A DNA stretch of 64,000 nucleotides from an uncultured Planctomycetaceae bacterium (GCA_963785305.1 CAWAUV010000007.1:1536001-1600000), one strand, 5' to 3'. Shown: positions 24,205 to 37,458, counted from the stretch's first letter. Numbers and translations are program-made. Notes: generated by a model from the sequence alone, not told the origin.

Positions 24205-25549
24205 ATGAGCCATATCGGCGAAATTCTTTTTGAATACCATAAAGTTCACCCAACTACTTGGGTGCATTCTGTCGTCGCTGCTCACGATCTGCGTCTACTT
24301 CAAGTTCAGCCGCTTGTGGAGCGTGCGAAATTTGGACTTGGTGGGGCTGATCTTGCTGGCGCCCGGCCTCTTGATGGTGGCCTCGGGCGCGGTGGTCGGA
24401 TATCTCTGGCTGTTCTTCATGGGCGGCATGTTTCTGGTGCGCTTGCTGCTCGATCCCACGATGGTTCGCCGCCCGCTGCTCGAGCCCAATCTTTCGGTCG
24501 GCGGCATGACGTTTCTCGGCTCCTCGCTGTTCCTATTCCTCATGGCCAATGTGCTCAATAGCCGGCCCACGAGCCAGGAATTGGCCGAGGTCGAGTTGGC
24601 CGACCGCCGCTGGGCCGGTCCGGCTTTGGACCAAAACAACACCGCGACGAAGCCCGGCGCGGGGCCCGCCGCCAGCGGCGAAATCGTCCCGCGCGGGCCC
24701 GGCTACGCGCTCCTATATTCGCTACCCAACATCACAACCCAGAGCATCGCCGCCCCTCCCGACACGCCGCGCGAAGACCGCAATGTGCGCGGCGATGTGG
24801 TGCGAACCGCAGGCTCGCGGGTAGTGGTCATTTTGTCCCACTTGGCGATCATCATCGGCATGGTGCTGATCGGCTTTCGTCATTTCGACAATGTGCGCAC
24901 CGGCATCGCCGCCGCCACGCTGTATTTACTCGTGCCCTACACGGCGCAGTACATGGGCCACCCGGACCATGTGCTGCCGGCCGCGCTCGTGATCTGGGCG
25001 ATCCAATGTTATCGGCGCCCGCTCGTGGCTGGGCTGCTCTTGGGTCTCGCCACGGTGGTCATGTATCCGATTTTCCTCGTGCCGCTGTGGCTGGGATTTT
25101 ATTGGCCGCGCGGCTTCTGGCGTTTCGGGCTGGGAGTGTCGCTGGCGGTGGGCGCGTTCGTGCTCTCGCTGGCGTTCATGCCCCAGCCGTTTTGGCCGCT
25201 GGCGGAGCAGTTTTTCGGCCTCGCCGGCGTGCCGCCCACGGGTTTTTGGGCCTCGGAGCATGTCAACACCGTGTATCGCATTCCGGTGCTGGCGGCGTTT
25301 GTCGCGCTCTGCGGCAGCCTCACGCTATGGCCCGCGCAAAAGAACCTGGGAACGCTCATGAGCTGTTCGGCGGCGGTGATGGTGGCGGCTCAGTTCTGGA
25401 TGCCCACCGGCGGCGGACTGCATATTGCCTGGTATCTTCCGCTGTTGCTGCTCACGATTTTTCGGCCGAATTTGGAAGACCGGGTTGCGCTCAACGCGCT
25501 CAGCCCGCGCTGGCTCGGCTCCTTGGCTCGCATGGAACGCGCGGCTTAA
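24205..25549 (+). CDS. Polytopic membrane protein, possibly GT-C fold (frameshift near 24265)
   Basis: MSHIGEILFEYHKVHPTTW start joined to a multi-TM ORF; YFKFSRLWSVRNLDL. Confidence 0.65.
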
Positions 25550-25583
25550 GGCGCCGCGGCGGGGCAGGGCGGCCGAAGCGCGT

Positions 25584-26408
25584 TCACCAGGGGTTCGTCC
25601 AATCGCCCCAGCGCTCGAGATAGTCGGCGTAGGCCGGTGTTTCTCCGACGCGCGCTTCGAGCCATCCCTTGGTCTGGGCGATGAGCCCCTGTTCCTCGTC
25701 GAGCGTGATCGCGCCTGTCATCACGCGCGTGCGCAAAAACACGAAGTACGTGTCGAGCAAATCGCAGCGGCAATAGTCGTTGATCTCGCGGAGCTGACCG
25801 GCGTCGAACATGTCTTGCACCATGGCGCCTTGCACATCCATTTTGCCGGGCTTTCCGAGGAGATTGGCGGCCAGATTGAGGCCCCCGTTGAAGCGCGAGC
25901 TGCCGAAGTTGGTGAGGAACTCTTGCAGATCGAAATGCGAATCGAGATTGAAGCGATTGCGATATTGCTCGAAACTCTTGGCGCCCAGGTTGAACCAGCC
26001 CGGCGCCGCGATTCCATAGCGAAACGCCGAAAGCTCCAGGAGCGGCAAATCGAAGCCACGGCCGTTGAAACTCACGAGCGTCGGCCGGCGATAATGCTCC
26101 CAACCGCGCCAAAAGAGCTCGGTAATCACATGCGGCCGATAGCGCGGCTCATCGAGCGTGGCCACGTCGAGCAGGCGAAAGTCGGCCGTGATCTTGCCAA
26201 CGGCCACTGAAATCGGCGTTTGAAACGTGTAGGGAATGAAATCGCTGTCGTGCTTGGCCAGCAGTTCGTCGCGATAGCGGCGCGTCGCGTCGACCGGCGC
26301 GAGGTTCTCTCCCGGATAGCGGAGCTTCGACACCAATTGCCCATCGGCCACGCTTTCAATGTCGAACGCCAAATACCGCACACTGTTGTCGGCCATTCGA
26401 TCCGCCAT
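25584..26408 (-). CDS. PolB-related stand-alone 3'-5' exonuclease
   Basis: ExoI LAFDIES, ExoII SFNGRGFDLP, ExoIII DYCRCD. Confidence 0.9.
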   Translation of the reverse strand: MADRMADNSVRYLAFDIESVADGQLVSKLRYPGENLAPVDATRRYRDELLAKHDSDFIPYTFQTPISVAVGKITADFRLLDVATLDEPRYRPHVITELFWRGWEHYRRPTLVSFNGRGFDLPLLELSAFRYGIAAPGWFNLGAKSFEQYRNRFNLDSHFDLQEFLTNFGSSRFNGGLNLAANLLGKPGKMDVQGAMVQDMFDAGQLREINDYCRCDLLDTYFVFLRTRVMTGAITLDEEQGLIAQTKGWLEARVGETPAYADYLERWGDWTNPW

Positions 26409-26588
26409 GACGAGAAAATCCTTCCGCTGCGATTGGGCGCCACAAGGCCCGAAAAAAGCCTTGCGAATTCCGAGCCCGTTGCGTTAGCCTATCAAATCAA
26501 GCCCCTGAGAGCGAAGATACGCAGGGCCGTTCGACGATTCTTTCTTCGTGTTTCACGCCTCTCGCTTTTTTGGAAGCCGCCGATTCCC

Positions 26589-27866
26589 ATGTCCTCCGCC
26601 ATGCCTGCTACCCATGCCGCGATCAATGCCGAGCGATTGCTGGCTCGTTTCCTGCGTTATGTTCGCGTCGACACCACCGCGATCGAATCGGCCGGCGTGT
26701 ATCCCAGCTCGCCGGGGCAGCTCGAGCTCGGGCACTTGCTTGTCGGCGAGCTGCGTGAGCTGGGGCTCGCCGACGCCAGCCAGTCGCCCGAGGGCATTGT
26801 CATTGCCACGCTTCCGGCCACGTCGGCCAAGCCCTGTCCCACGATCGCCTTCAACTCGCATCTCGACACCTCGCCCGAAACCTCGGGCCGCGATGTCCGG
26901 CCGCAAGTAATCCGCGGCTATGCGGGCGGCGACCTCACCTTGCCCGGCAATCCGCGGCAGGCGATCCACGTCGCGGAAAATCCCGATCTCGCCCGCTGCC
27001 TGGGCCACACGCTCATCACCACCGATGGCACGACGTTGCTGGGGGCCGACGACAAAGCCGGCGTGGCCGTGATCATGGAAACCATCGCCTATTTGTCCGA
27101 GCATCGCCAAGCGCCGCATGGACCGATCAAGGTCTGTTTCACTTGCGACGAGGAAGTTGGCCACGGCGTCGACCATGTCGATCTCGCGAAGCTCGGCGCC
27201 CGGGCATGCTACACGCTCGACGGCCAAGGCGTCGATGAGATCGATGTCGAAACTTTTTCGGCCGATCTGGCGATCGTGGGAATTCGCGGCGTGAATATCC
27301 ATCCTTCGATCGGAAAGGGGCGCATGGTCAACGCGCTGCGCGTGGCGGCGCATTTCGTCGAACTCCTGCCGCGCGATGGATGCTCGCCCGAGACGACCGC
27401 CGATCGCGAGGGCTTTCTGCATCCCTATCATGTCGATGGCTCGGTGGCCGAGGTCACGCTGCGAATTTTGCTTCGCGACTTCGACACCGCCCAGCTCGCC
27501 ACGCTCGCCGAGCGGTTGCGAACAATCGGCCGGCAATGCGAAGCCGACTTTCCGCAGTCATCGGTCACGGTCGACATCACGCCCCAATATCGCAACATGG
27601 CCGATGGGCTGCGCCGCGAGCCGCGCGCGGTGGCGCTAGCCGAGCGGGCGTTCACGAATCTCGGCCGGTCGCCGCGGCGCACCCTGGTGCGCGGCGGCAC
27701 CGATGGCTCGCGCTTCACCGAGTTGGGCCTGCCCGCGCCGAATCTCTCGACCGGCGAGCACAATCCGCATTCGCCGCTCGAATGGGCCTCGCTCGACGAG
27801 ATGAGCCAAGCCGCGCAAAACCTGGTCGAACTGGCCCGCCTCTGGTCCGAAGAACCCGAAGCCTAG
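26589..27866 (+). CDS. pepT: Peptidase T
   Basis: RFLRYVRVDT, SHLDT, TDGTTLLGADDKAG, DEEVG, RGGTDG. Confidence 0.93.
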   Translation: MSSAMPATHAAINAERLLARFLRYVRVDTTAIESAGVYPSSPGQLELGHLLVGELRELGLADASQSPEGIVIATLPATSAKPCPTIAFNSHLDTSPETSGRDVRPQVIRGYAGGDLTLPGNPRQAIHVAENPDLARCLGHTLITTDGTTLLGADDKAGVAVIMETIAYLSEHRQAPHGPIKVCFTCDEEVGHGVDHVDLAKLGARACYTLDGQGVDEIDVETFSADLAIVGIRGVNIHPSIGKGRMVNALRVAAHFVELLPRDGCSPETTADREGFLHPYHVDGSVAEVTLRILLRDFDTAQLATLAERLRTIGRQCEADFPQSSVTVDITPQYRNMADGLRREPRAVALAERAFTNLGRSPRRTLVRGGTDGSRFTELGLPAPNLSTGEHNPHSPLEWASLDEMSQAAQNLVELARLWSEEPEA

Positions 27867-29086
27867 TGCGGCATCAAGCGTAAGAAATGGGGTTGCGGAT
27901 TTCAAGGATTGATGGGAAACCTTCGGTAACAAGGAGGTGTCCCATGAACAAGAAGTTCATCGTTCGTCTGTCGGATGAGGAGCGCGGCGTTTGTCGGGAG
28001 GTCGTCAAGAAGCTCAAGGGATCGTCGCAGAAGGTTCGTCGTGCGCGGATTCTGCTCAAGGCCGATGCCGATGGGCCGGGGTGGCCGGATGCGAAGATCG
28101 CCGAGGCATTCAACTGCCGCGTGCAGACGATCGAGAATCTCCGCAAGCGGTTGGTGACGGAAGGCTTTGAATTGGCTTTGGATGGCAAGAAACGCCAGGA
28201 ACCGCCCACGCCGCCCAAACTCGATGGCGAAGGGGAAGCGAAGTTGATCGCCATGCGGTTGGGCAAGCCGCCCGCAGGCTACGGGCACTGGACGTTGCAA
28301 CTGCTCGCCGACGAACTGGTGGCCCTGGAAGTCGTCGATTCGATCAGTCACGAGACGGTTCGCAAGGTGCTAAAAAAAACGGCATGACCAAGCGGAAGAT
28401 CGAGTACTGGGTGATTCCGCCGGAGCAAGATGCCGAGTTCGTCGCTTGCATGGAAGAGGTGCTCGAAACCTACGAAAAAGCGTACGATCCGCAGCATCCG
28501 GTGTTGTGCATGGACGAACAGCCGGTCCAGTTGCTCAAGGAAACACGGGTGCCGATCGAAGCCACCAAGGAGCATGGCCAGCGCGTCGATTACGAATACG
28601 AACGCAACGGCACAGCCAGCATCTTCATGTTCGCCGAGCCGCTCTCGGGTTTCCGGCAAGCGACGGCCCGCCCGCAGCGAACCAAGGCCGACTGGGCGAT
28701 CGAAGTCGCCCAATTGCTGGACACGCGCTATGCCGATTGCGCGAACGTGACCTTGGTGTGCGACAACCTCAACACGCACACCAAAGGAGCGTTTTACGAA
28801 GCGTTCGAGCCAGAACGTGCCCGTGCGTACATAAAACGGATCGACTTCTGCTACACGCCCAAACACGGCAGTTGGCTGAATGTCGCCGAATGCGAGCTGA
28901 GTTGCCTGACGAGCCAGTGCCTGAGCGACCGCCGCATCGGCGAACTGATCGAACTGCAAAGTGAAATCCGGCTTGGTCCGACAAAACGAACGCGAAACAA
29001 CGGGGCGTCGACTGGCAATTCCGGATCGAAAATGCCCGCGTGAAACTGAAGCGGCTCTACCCCAAAATCAAGACTTGATGCCGCAC
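27866..29086 (+). mobile_element. IS630 family element; ORFs 27944..28387 and 28384..~29078
   Basis: TIR GTGCGGCATCAAG / CTTGATGCCGCAC in CTAG context (TA duplication); HTH ORF, A8C slippery site at 28372, CMDE, CDNLNTH, SWLNVAECE. Confidence 0.93.
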
Positions 29087-29140
29087 TAGTCGCAAACTTC
29101 AGCAAGGAGTCTTGGCGACGGCCGGAGGGAGAATTTTTTT

Positions 29141-29247
29141 GCCACGGAAGGACACTGAAAAAACACGGAAGGAAGCATGGGCACGAGGGAGCTTCCAGGG
29201 TGGTGGAGCCCTCTTCATGCCGTGTTAATTCCGTGCGTTTCGGTGGC
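29141..29247. repeat. Imperfect REP-like inverted repeat (CACGGAA-type)
   Basis: GCCACGGAAGGACACTGAAAAAACACGG ... CCGTGTTAATTCCGTGCGTTTCGGTGGC. Confidence 0.55.
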
Positions 29248-29292
29248 CACTTCGCATTCATCTTTTTTCCCGCCGGCGCGGCCGGAAGCGTT

Positions 29293-30814
29293 TCAATCGC
29301 GGCCCAGGCTTCGACCTCGGCGCCAGCGGCGCCAAGCGGCGACGAGCGATGATCCCCCGCCGGAATCGTGCTCGGCGGTTTCGATCACCAGTCGCGCCAA
29401 CCATTCCCACCGCGCTTGCCGCGCGAGTCGCCGCGGACCGCTTGGGCCATCGAGAATCAGTTGCTCGAGCACGGGCAAGAGCGTTTCCGCCGCCGGGCCC
29501 GAGACCATCGCGCCGACGAGTTGACCGCTACGCGCATTCACGCGCAGCCGTAGTTCGCCGCCGAATGAATAAGCTCCGTCGCTCGATGAGACATGGCGAT
29601 CGATCATCGCCGCGCGGCGGGGGCCGCAATCGCCGACCCATCCGACACCCGGCGCGATTCGCAGCCGCCTTGCGACCGGCGGCGGCGGCCAGCGCTCGCG
29701 CAAACCCAAGCCCGCGCGAGCGGCCCGGCGCGCGAGGGCCAAGAGCCGATCGCCTTCGCCAAGCTCCGGCAGTTCGGCCGCCGGAATCACCGCCATCCGA
29801 CCATGCGCCGCGCCGAACGAGCGATCGGTCAACGGCTCGCCATCGATCATCGCCACACCCGCCAATTCGGGCCGCAGCCATTCGATGTCATAGGTCCGGT
29901 GGGTCACGATCAAGAGCTCGTCGGCGACGATCCATTGCGATTTGCCCTGCCGCTCGATGAGCAAGCTTTTGGCGGCGCCGGTGCGGTTGGCGCTCACAAT
30001 CGTTTGGTCGCGCCACACCCGCACTCCCTCGGCTTCGAGCCCCGCGGCGACGAGGCGCTCGATCGGCTCGCTCGGCGCAGGCGCGGCGCTCGTCCGTGAC
30101 TCGGGCGATTCTCCGCGGCGCATCGGCGGTTCGGCGATTCGCAAATCGACGTCGCTCATGAGCCGAGCATCCACCACGAGATCCACCGTCGACCCGAGCA
30201 GGGCGAGTGTCCGCGCCAGTTCGCAAGCCGTGCTGCTCGACCCGACCATCGCCCAGTGTCGCGGCCACTCGGCGAGCTCGGCCAGATCGTCGGGCGTGCG
30301 GTAGTCGAGCGTGTCGGCGCCGGGGATTGTCGACCGCGCCCGATCGGCGCGCGGAGCGAGCAGCGCGCGTTCGAAGGCGAGCGTTTGTCCGGCCACGCGC
30401 AGCGAGGTCGGAGATTGAAACGTGAGCGGGCCGAGAAACAGATCGAACGCCGCGGTCGCCCAGCCGTTCGGCCGAATATCGTTTGGCGGCGTTGTCGGCA
30501 AGTCGCTTGCCAAGCTGGCGGCACGTTTCGAAGTCGAAGCGGCCACGCGCCGCCTCGGGCCAGGCGAACTCGCGGGCCTCATCGATCCGCGGCGCGCTCT
30601 CGGCCGCTAGATCGAGCGCGGCGCGCATCGCGTGGTGTTGGGCGTCGCGACCCAGTCGATGATCCGACACCAGGGCAATGGTTCGCCGCCGCCCGCGCGA
30701 ATATTCCTGCCGGCGAGCAAACTCCGCAGCCAAGATCGCGAGCGCATCGCCACCCACGATCACAAGATCGTAGCGAAGCGCAGCGCGGGGATTCGTCCAC
30801 TCGCTCGTGGCCAT
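29293..30814 (-). CDS. Degenerate pyridine nucleotide-disulfide oxidoreductase-like protein (frameshift near 30430)
   Basis: YDLVIVGG, FERALLA, AMVGSSSTACELA, DELLIVTHR, GQLVGAMVSGPAA; lacks GxGxxG and the redox CxxxxC. Confidence 0.6.
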
Positions 30815-30921
30815 GCGGGGCGGCCTTCGCGGAAGGTTCCGAGATTCTCGGGGCGCCGCCGCGCGCGGAAATTGTCTTCCTTGGCGCCAGGGCCGGCAAA
30901 TGCTCTTCCGCATCAGCCTAG

Positions 30922-31067
30922 CAGCCTGTTGAAATATTCAACAGGCTGCGCCGCATGGACGTGGCGTCAAAATAAGGACCTAAGTCGTTATTTCGCGAGC
31001 CGCGACGAGCTTTGCTCGGCGCTTGGCGAGGTTTAAAAATGCCACGAAGGCATTTTTAAACAGGCTG
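30922..31067. mobile_element. MITE family B (146 bp, CAGCCTGTT TIRs, CTAG duplication)
   Basis: CTAG-CAGCCTGTT...AACAGGCTG-CTAG; internal hairpin TTTAAAAATGCC-ACGAA-GGCATTTTTAAA. Confidence 0.85.
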
Positions 31068-31115
31068 CTAGCGTGTTTGGCCCGCGGGCCATAGCCTACC
31101 TGGACCATGCACGAT

Positions 31116-33219
31116 TCATTTGGTCACGGTGGTTCGTTCGGCGCGGGCGGCTAGTTCGGCATAGTGGCCGGCCAGCGCGACATCGCCTTGCTGGAGCAGC
31201 ATCGAGGAGAGATTGCCATAGGGCACCGCCAGCGCGGCCCGGGGAAGCGTGCCGGCTTCGACCGCTTGTTCGATCGCTTTGGCCCCTTGCTGCGAGAGTC
31301 GCACCGCTCGCTCTCGGGCGCCGGTCTCCCAATAAGAAACCGCCATGCTCACCAACATATCGCCGGTTCGGGCCGGATCGGTATACCGGCTCGGCTTGGC
31401 CTTGGCCGCCGCTTCGATCAGCGGCAGGGCTTTGTCGTACCAAGCGACCGCCTCGCGATGATTGGCTCGCTCGATGGCCTGGAGCGACCCCAAGCGGTAA
31501 TACAATTGCCCGGCGCGGGTCGCGATCGGGGGTGTCGATCGTGGCGTCGGCTTCGGCAATGAGTTTGGCGGCGGTTTCGCCCAAGGCGAGCGAGTCGGCT
31601 GTCTTTCCGCCGGTGCGTTCGATGACCATGGCGTCGGCCAGAGCCAGGGCAAGCCGCCACTGGAGCGAGCCACGGGCTTCGACCTCTTCGGCCGCGTCGA
31701 TCCGCGCGTCGCCGATGCGCTTAAGCTCCGCGATCCAATCCGTGGCGGGCGATTTTCCCGGAGCGGCGGCGAGGACCATCATCGCCGTTTCGTGGACTTC
31801 AAGCAACACGATCGCGTCGGCCTGTTCTTTCGTGGTTAGTTCCTCGGCCATGGTCTTGGCCCGGCCCAGCCACTTCATGGCCGCCTGATGCTTGTGGCTC
31901 CATTGGCCGAGCGCGATATCGCGAGCCACGGCCAAATGGGCTTCGAGCAGCAACATTTTCGCGGCGCGGCGAGTTTGCGGCGAGCTATCGGCGGCGAGCG
32001 GCTCGACGAGCCGGATCGTGTGTTGATGATGTTCGATCGCTTGCGAAAAGTTTTTGTCGCCCGGCTGCGCGAAACAGTCGCCCAACATTTCGTAAGCGCG
32101 TGCTTCGACAAGCGGTGGAAGCGGCTGCTGGGTCAAAATACGACGCACGAGTCGAGCCGCCGCCGCGGGATCGCCGGCGTCGATCTCGAGCCGGGCCGCC
32201 AGAAATCGGTAGTCGCGGTTCTTCGGATCGAGGCGCATCGCTTCCTCGGCCGCCGCGCGACCCGCGACCGGGCGTCCCAACTGGCCGAGCGCCCGCGCCG
32301 CGAGCGCCTGGGCCACGGCGCTTTTCGGCTCGAGTTCGGCGGCGAACCGCGCGTCGGCCAAGGCATGCGCCGGAAATTCTTCCTTGAGTCGTTCTTCGGC
32401 CCGCACCAAAAATGCCTGGGCATCGATCGGCTCGATCACGATTTGAATCACTTGGCCCACATCCAGAGGCGAGGCATAGGCAAACATCACGCCGTGCTCG
32501 GGATACACTTCGCCGACCGGTTTATCTTTTTCATCGGCCACCACGACCGCTTGGCAATCATCGAGCCGAAGTTGATGCGCGAGCGCTTGGCTCTCGACGG
32601 CTTTGCCGAGAAAAATGGCGATGCCGGCGACCCGATCGTTTTCGATCGCCACGGCTACTTGCTCGAATGGCTCGATCGAATACAGATACCGCGTTTCGTC
32701 GCCGATCTTCTTGATTTCCTTGGGCGAGCCCCATTTTTCGCGCACGTCGGCGCGGGTGGAACCGCCCGGCTGCACGCCGTTGAAATGCGCTGCTTCGGCC
32801 TTGATCGGCTCGACGCGGTCGAAGCGCGGTCGCGGAGCCGATTGCGCCGCGGGTTGTTCGATGATCGTCTCCCGCGCCGGGGGCGACGTCGGCGCGGCGA
32901 TCGGCTTGGGTTCGATATCGGCCGCCGATTCGGTGGCCGGGATCGGCGCTGGGCTCTCCGCCGCGGAAGTTTGTTCCCTGCCGCGCGTCGCTTCCATAAT
33001 GGGCGTCGCGCTTTCGGCGCCCACATCGAGGAGCCGCGCCGCCGAATCGGGGTCTTGAGCGCTCACGCTCAACCGCTGCGGCGCGGATTTGGAATCGGCT
33101 TCAGCCGCGCCCGCCCGCGCGGCGATCGGCGCAAGCGCCACGGTTACAATGGCAAAAGCCACGTGACGGTAAGGCGCCGTCCGTCTGGCCCGGTCCTCAT
33201 GGGCATTGAGGAGGTACAT
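31116..33219 (-). CDS. Exported TPR-repeat protein (frameshift near 31520)
   Basis: AAGGAAGGAG RBS, signal peptide (..APIAARA), helical TPR-like repeats. Confidence 0.7.
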
Positions 33220-33503
33220 GTTGCCTGCTCCTTCCTTGAAGCGGCGAGTCCGGATTACAAGGAAACCGACCAGCAATCAACAAGCGCGGCGAAATAGGGT
33301 CCGCGCTCTTTGACCAAGACACCGCAAAATGCGGCAAATCCTATTTTCGTTATCGGAGCATCGGAGCATCCGGCAATAGTTTCTCATGTCAAAGAATCGG
33401 CGCGATTGTCACAAAATGCCATGCGTTGACAAAATGTCCCAAGAACCGCCTCGACGCAACCCGCCGCGCTTGCGCGGTCAGCCAGCGCGCGAAGCCATCG
33501 GTG

Positions 33504-34754
33504 CTAGCGAGGCGTCGGGGAGAGCGCGAAACATGGCGATCGGCGCAGCAGTTCGTCGGCGGCGTTGAAATCGCCCCGTTGGACAAATTCGCTCGCGCGC
33601 TCGAGTTCCCGTCGCTGGGCTTCCGTAAAGGGCAGCGGGGCGCCAGCCGCCGGCGCCTCGGGAACCAACCGCTCGATGATCGCTTCGCCGAGCGCCGCGA
33701 GCCCCTTGCCCGAGAGAGCGCTCACGCGGAGCGCGCCTCGCAAAAAATCGGCCCCCGCGCGGGAAATCCCTCGACCAGCGCCGGCTTGGGCAATATTCGC
33801 GGTCGAGGGCGAGTTCGCGAGCAGATCGCACTTGTTTACCACGCGCAGCGCCTCGGGCCACGCGCAGGACTAGGCGTTCTTCTTCCACTCCCGCCGGCGC
33901 CAGCGCGTCGAACACCAGCGCTACCAGGTCGACTTCTCTCGAAGCGCGCCGCGCCTTCGCCACTCCGGCCGCTTCGATTGCGTCGTTCGTTTCGCGGAGG
34001 CCGGCGGCGTCGCAAAACTCGCACGGCCAGCCGGCCAATGCCGTTGGGCGCAGAGCGCGTCGCGAGTCGTGCCGGGAATCGGGCTCACGATCGCCCGCTC
34101 GTAGCCGAGCATCGCGTTGAGCAAACTGCTTTTGCCCACATTCGGCGGCCCGACGAACATCACGGTCCAAGGCGTCGTGAGCCGCGCGCCGAATCGCCCA
34201 CCGGCGCGGAGTCGATCGAGCAATCGCGCCGCATCGGCCGGTTGTCGCTCGAGCGCGAACAGAATCGCGTCGATCGCGCGGCGCAGCGCTCCGTGGTATT
34301 GAGCAAGCAGCGCCGCCGCGGCACGCTCGGTGGTGGTCGAAGCAAGTTCGATGCGCGCCGCGGCGGCGATCGGGTCGGTCTCGCGTTCTTCCACCCAGCG
34401 ACGCCAATCCTGCTCCACGGCGCCCGCCGCGACCAGCGAGCCAACAATCTCGGCGGCGGCCACGCGCCCGCCGTGGCAGTGGACTTCGATCTGTCGAGCA
34501 TCGATCGCGCAGGCCACGACATCCTCGCCCGACGTTCGCCATCGGCCATAGGCAATGCGCCCGAGCGGCAGGGTGTCGAAAGGCGTGTCGCTTGCCGGCG
34601 CGAACAGGGCGGTGACCATCGCGCGAGCGTCGGCTCCGGTGATGGCCAGCGTGGCCACGGCCCCCCGCCCCGGCGAAGTGAGCAGCGCCACCCGGCAATC
34701 GCGGACACTGTTCGCGGAATCAGTGGCCGGCGTTGTCTGTTCGCTCGTGGCCAT
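33504..34754 (-). CDS. MnmE/TrmE-like GTPase (frameshifted)
   Basis: [47 protein letters not shown]. Confidence 0.85.
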
Positions 34755-34824
34755 GACTATTTTCCGAAGGGCATGGTGATTAGGATCATGACTTGGCCCG
34801 GGCTCGACTCCCGGTTTTCGGAAC

Positions 34825-37444
34825 ATGCGGAGAATAAGGCGATGGCGTTGGTTGAAAGAGTGCTTGGGGTTTGGCGCGTGCTTGCGCGGGCGCGTGCTTG
34901 GGCTCGCGATTCCGCGGCCGCATTTCGTTTCGTTGGCGTTCGCGATTGCGGTCGCTTTCATGGCGCTCAACCCAACCGGCTTGGCCTCGGCCGAGACGCC
35001 GGGCGCCACCGGCGGGCCGCTTTGCGTGAGCGGCGTGTATCCGGAACTCGCGGCGTTCAATTCTTCCGGCGAATGCGGCATCGGGGCGGTCGTGCCCTGG
35101 GCAGGCCGGCTGTGGTGGATCACCTATCCGCCCCATGAGCGCCACGGCAGCGACGATCAACTGTATTCGATCGACGATAGTTTGTCGCTGGTGATCCATC
35201 CCGAGAGCGTCGGCGGAACCCACGCCGGGCGCATGATCCACCGCGAGTCGAAGCAATTGCTGATCGGTCCCTATGTAATCGACGAGCGGCGCACGGTGTG
35301 CGCAGTTCGATGTCCACAAGACGTTGCCCGGTCGGCTCACGGCGATTGCCCGCCATTTGCAAGACCCGGCCAACAAAGTGTACTTCGTCGACATGGAAGG
35401 CCCGGTCTGGGAGGCCGACGTGCATACGCTTCGCGCGAAAAAGCTCTTCGAAAAACCGCTGCCCGGCTGGCATGGCAAGGGCGCCTACACCGGGCAAGGC
35501 CGGCTCGTCGTCGCCAACAATGGCGAAGTCTCGGCGATCTCGGACCTGGATCGCAAGAAAGTCGAAACCCCGCTCGAACCCAAGAGTCCCGAACACATGG
35601 GAGTGCTCGGCCAGTGGCTCGACGGTAAATGGTCGATCGTCGAACGGCGCCAATTCACCGATGTCACTGGACCCGGTGGCATCGAAGGCGCGAAGCGGGA
35701 TTCCGACTCCCTTTGGAGCATCGGCTGGGATCGCCGCTCGGCGATGCTCGAATTGCTCGACGCCGGCCAGTGGCGCCGGTTTCGCTTGCCGAAGGCCTCG
35801 GCCACCTACGATCATCGCGGCGGTTGGTACACCGAATGGCCGCGAATTCGCGAAGTCGGCAAGAATCGGGCCCTGATGGATGCCCACGGCATGTTCTATC
35901 GCTTTCCGCTCGGCTTTCGCTCGGGCGCCACCGGCGGCATCGAACCGATCAGTTCGCACTTGCGCTATGTGCCCGACTTTTGCGATTGGAACGGCCGGCT
36001 GGTGCTGGCGGGCGATGATACCTCGATCATGCAAAATCCGCTTGCCGGCAAGTCGCAGTCGAACTTGTGGTTTGGCCATGTCGAGGATTTGGCGGCCTTT
36101 GGCCCTCGGGCCGGTTGGGGCGGGCCTTGGCTCCGCGACGCGATCAAGGCCGGCGAGCCCTCGGATCCGTTTCTTTTCGACGGCTTCGACGAGCGCGTGG
36201 CGCATCTGGTGAACCACGGCCCGCGCGATGTAACCTTCACGCTCGAAATCGACGCCGAGGGCGACGACCACTGGAAGCCGCTGCAAACGATCGCGGTTCC
36301 GAAACACGGCTATGCCTATCGCATTTTTCCGGCCGATCTCCACGGCGCCTGGATTCGCGCCACGAGCGACACCGCGACCGACGCCACGCTCGTGTTCTGG
36401 TACACTGGCGCCGGGCATGCTCCGGCCGAGGGTCGGCGCCTGTTCGCCTCGCTGGCCGATATTACCGACGAGGCTCCGCCCCGCGCCGCGATCATTCGCC
36501 CGGCCTCGCACGACCGCGACTTGCAAGTGGCGGTGCTCGGTCCGGCCGCGATGGCCGGCGACGCGACGAAGGGGGTGACGATCACCACGTCGAACCCCGC
36601 TGGCGACCTCGCTCGCTTCACCGGCGCTTATCGCGAAGTCGACGAGCGTTTGAAATTCATCGGCCCGCAAGAGTCCGCCGCGAGCGATGAAAAAGACGAA
36701 GCGGCGATTCGCGCCGAAAAAGACGCGATCAAGAAGATGCTTCAACTCGCCGCGCTGCCGGCCAAGCCCGAATTCACGGTCGACGCGGCCAGCGTGATCG
36801 TGAGCGACTCGAAAGAGCATCGCTACCGGCTGCCCAAGAGCCACGAGAAATATGATCAACCGTTCGAGTTCGGCTGGCCGCGGAGCAAACGCGAGTGCAT
36901 CTCCGAGCGATTCTTGCTCAATATCCACGGCACGTTTTACCTCGTCGGCCGCGAGAGCGGACTCGCGGTGATTCGTCCCGTGGCCACGCACGACAAACAG
37001 ATCGCCGACTATTGCACTTGGCGCGGGCTGATGGTGCTCAGCGGCGCCCGCCACGACGCCAAGCCCGATGGCCATTATTTCGGCGACGAAGCGATCGGCC
37101 TCTGGTTCGGGCACATCGACGACCTCTGGAAGTTCGGCAAACCAATCGGTCATGGCGGACCATGGAAAGACACCGCGGTGGACGCTGGCGAGGTGAGTGA
37201 CCCGTATCTAATGGCCGGCTACGACAAGAAAAAACTCACGCTCAGCCACGACGCCGGGCATCCGGTGAAATTCACCATTGAGATCGACCTCACCGGCGCC
37301 CAGGATTGGCAACCGTATGCGACGCTCGACGTGGCCGCCGGCCAACCAGCGACGCATGTCTTTCCCGACGGCTTCTCGGCCCAGTGGCTGCGAGCGCGCT
37401 GCGGCGACAAGTGCCAAGCGACCGCCTGGCTCGACTATGAATGA
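34825..37444 (+). CDS. Large secreted hypothetical protein, beta-rich (start uncertain; frameshift near 35310)
   Basis: Signal-like segment, [19 protein letters not shown]; internally repeated LWFGHxxDL..GGPW..SDP module. Confidence 0.7.
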
Positions 37445-37458
37445 GCCGCGACGGGCTA

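Noticed and set aside
775..37153. Long antisense or overlapping ORFs (e.g. 775..2028, 7761..9056, 19278..20669, 35120..37153)
   Set aside because: Shadow frames of real high-GC genes with no recognisable motifs.
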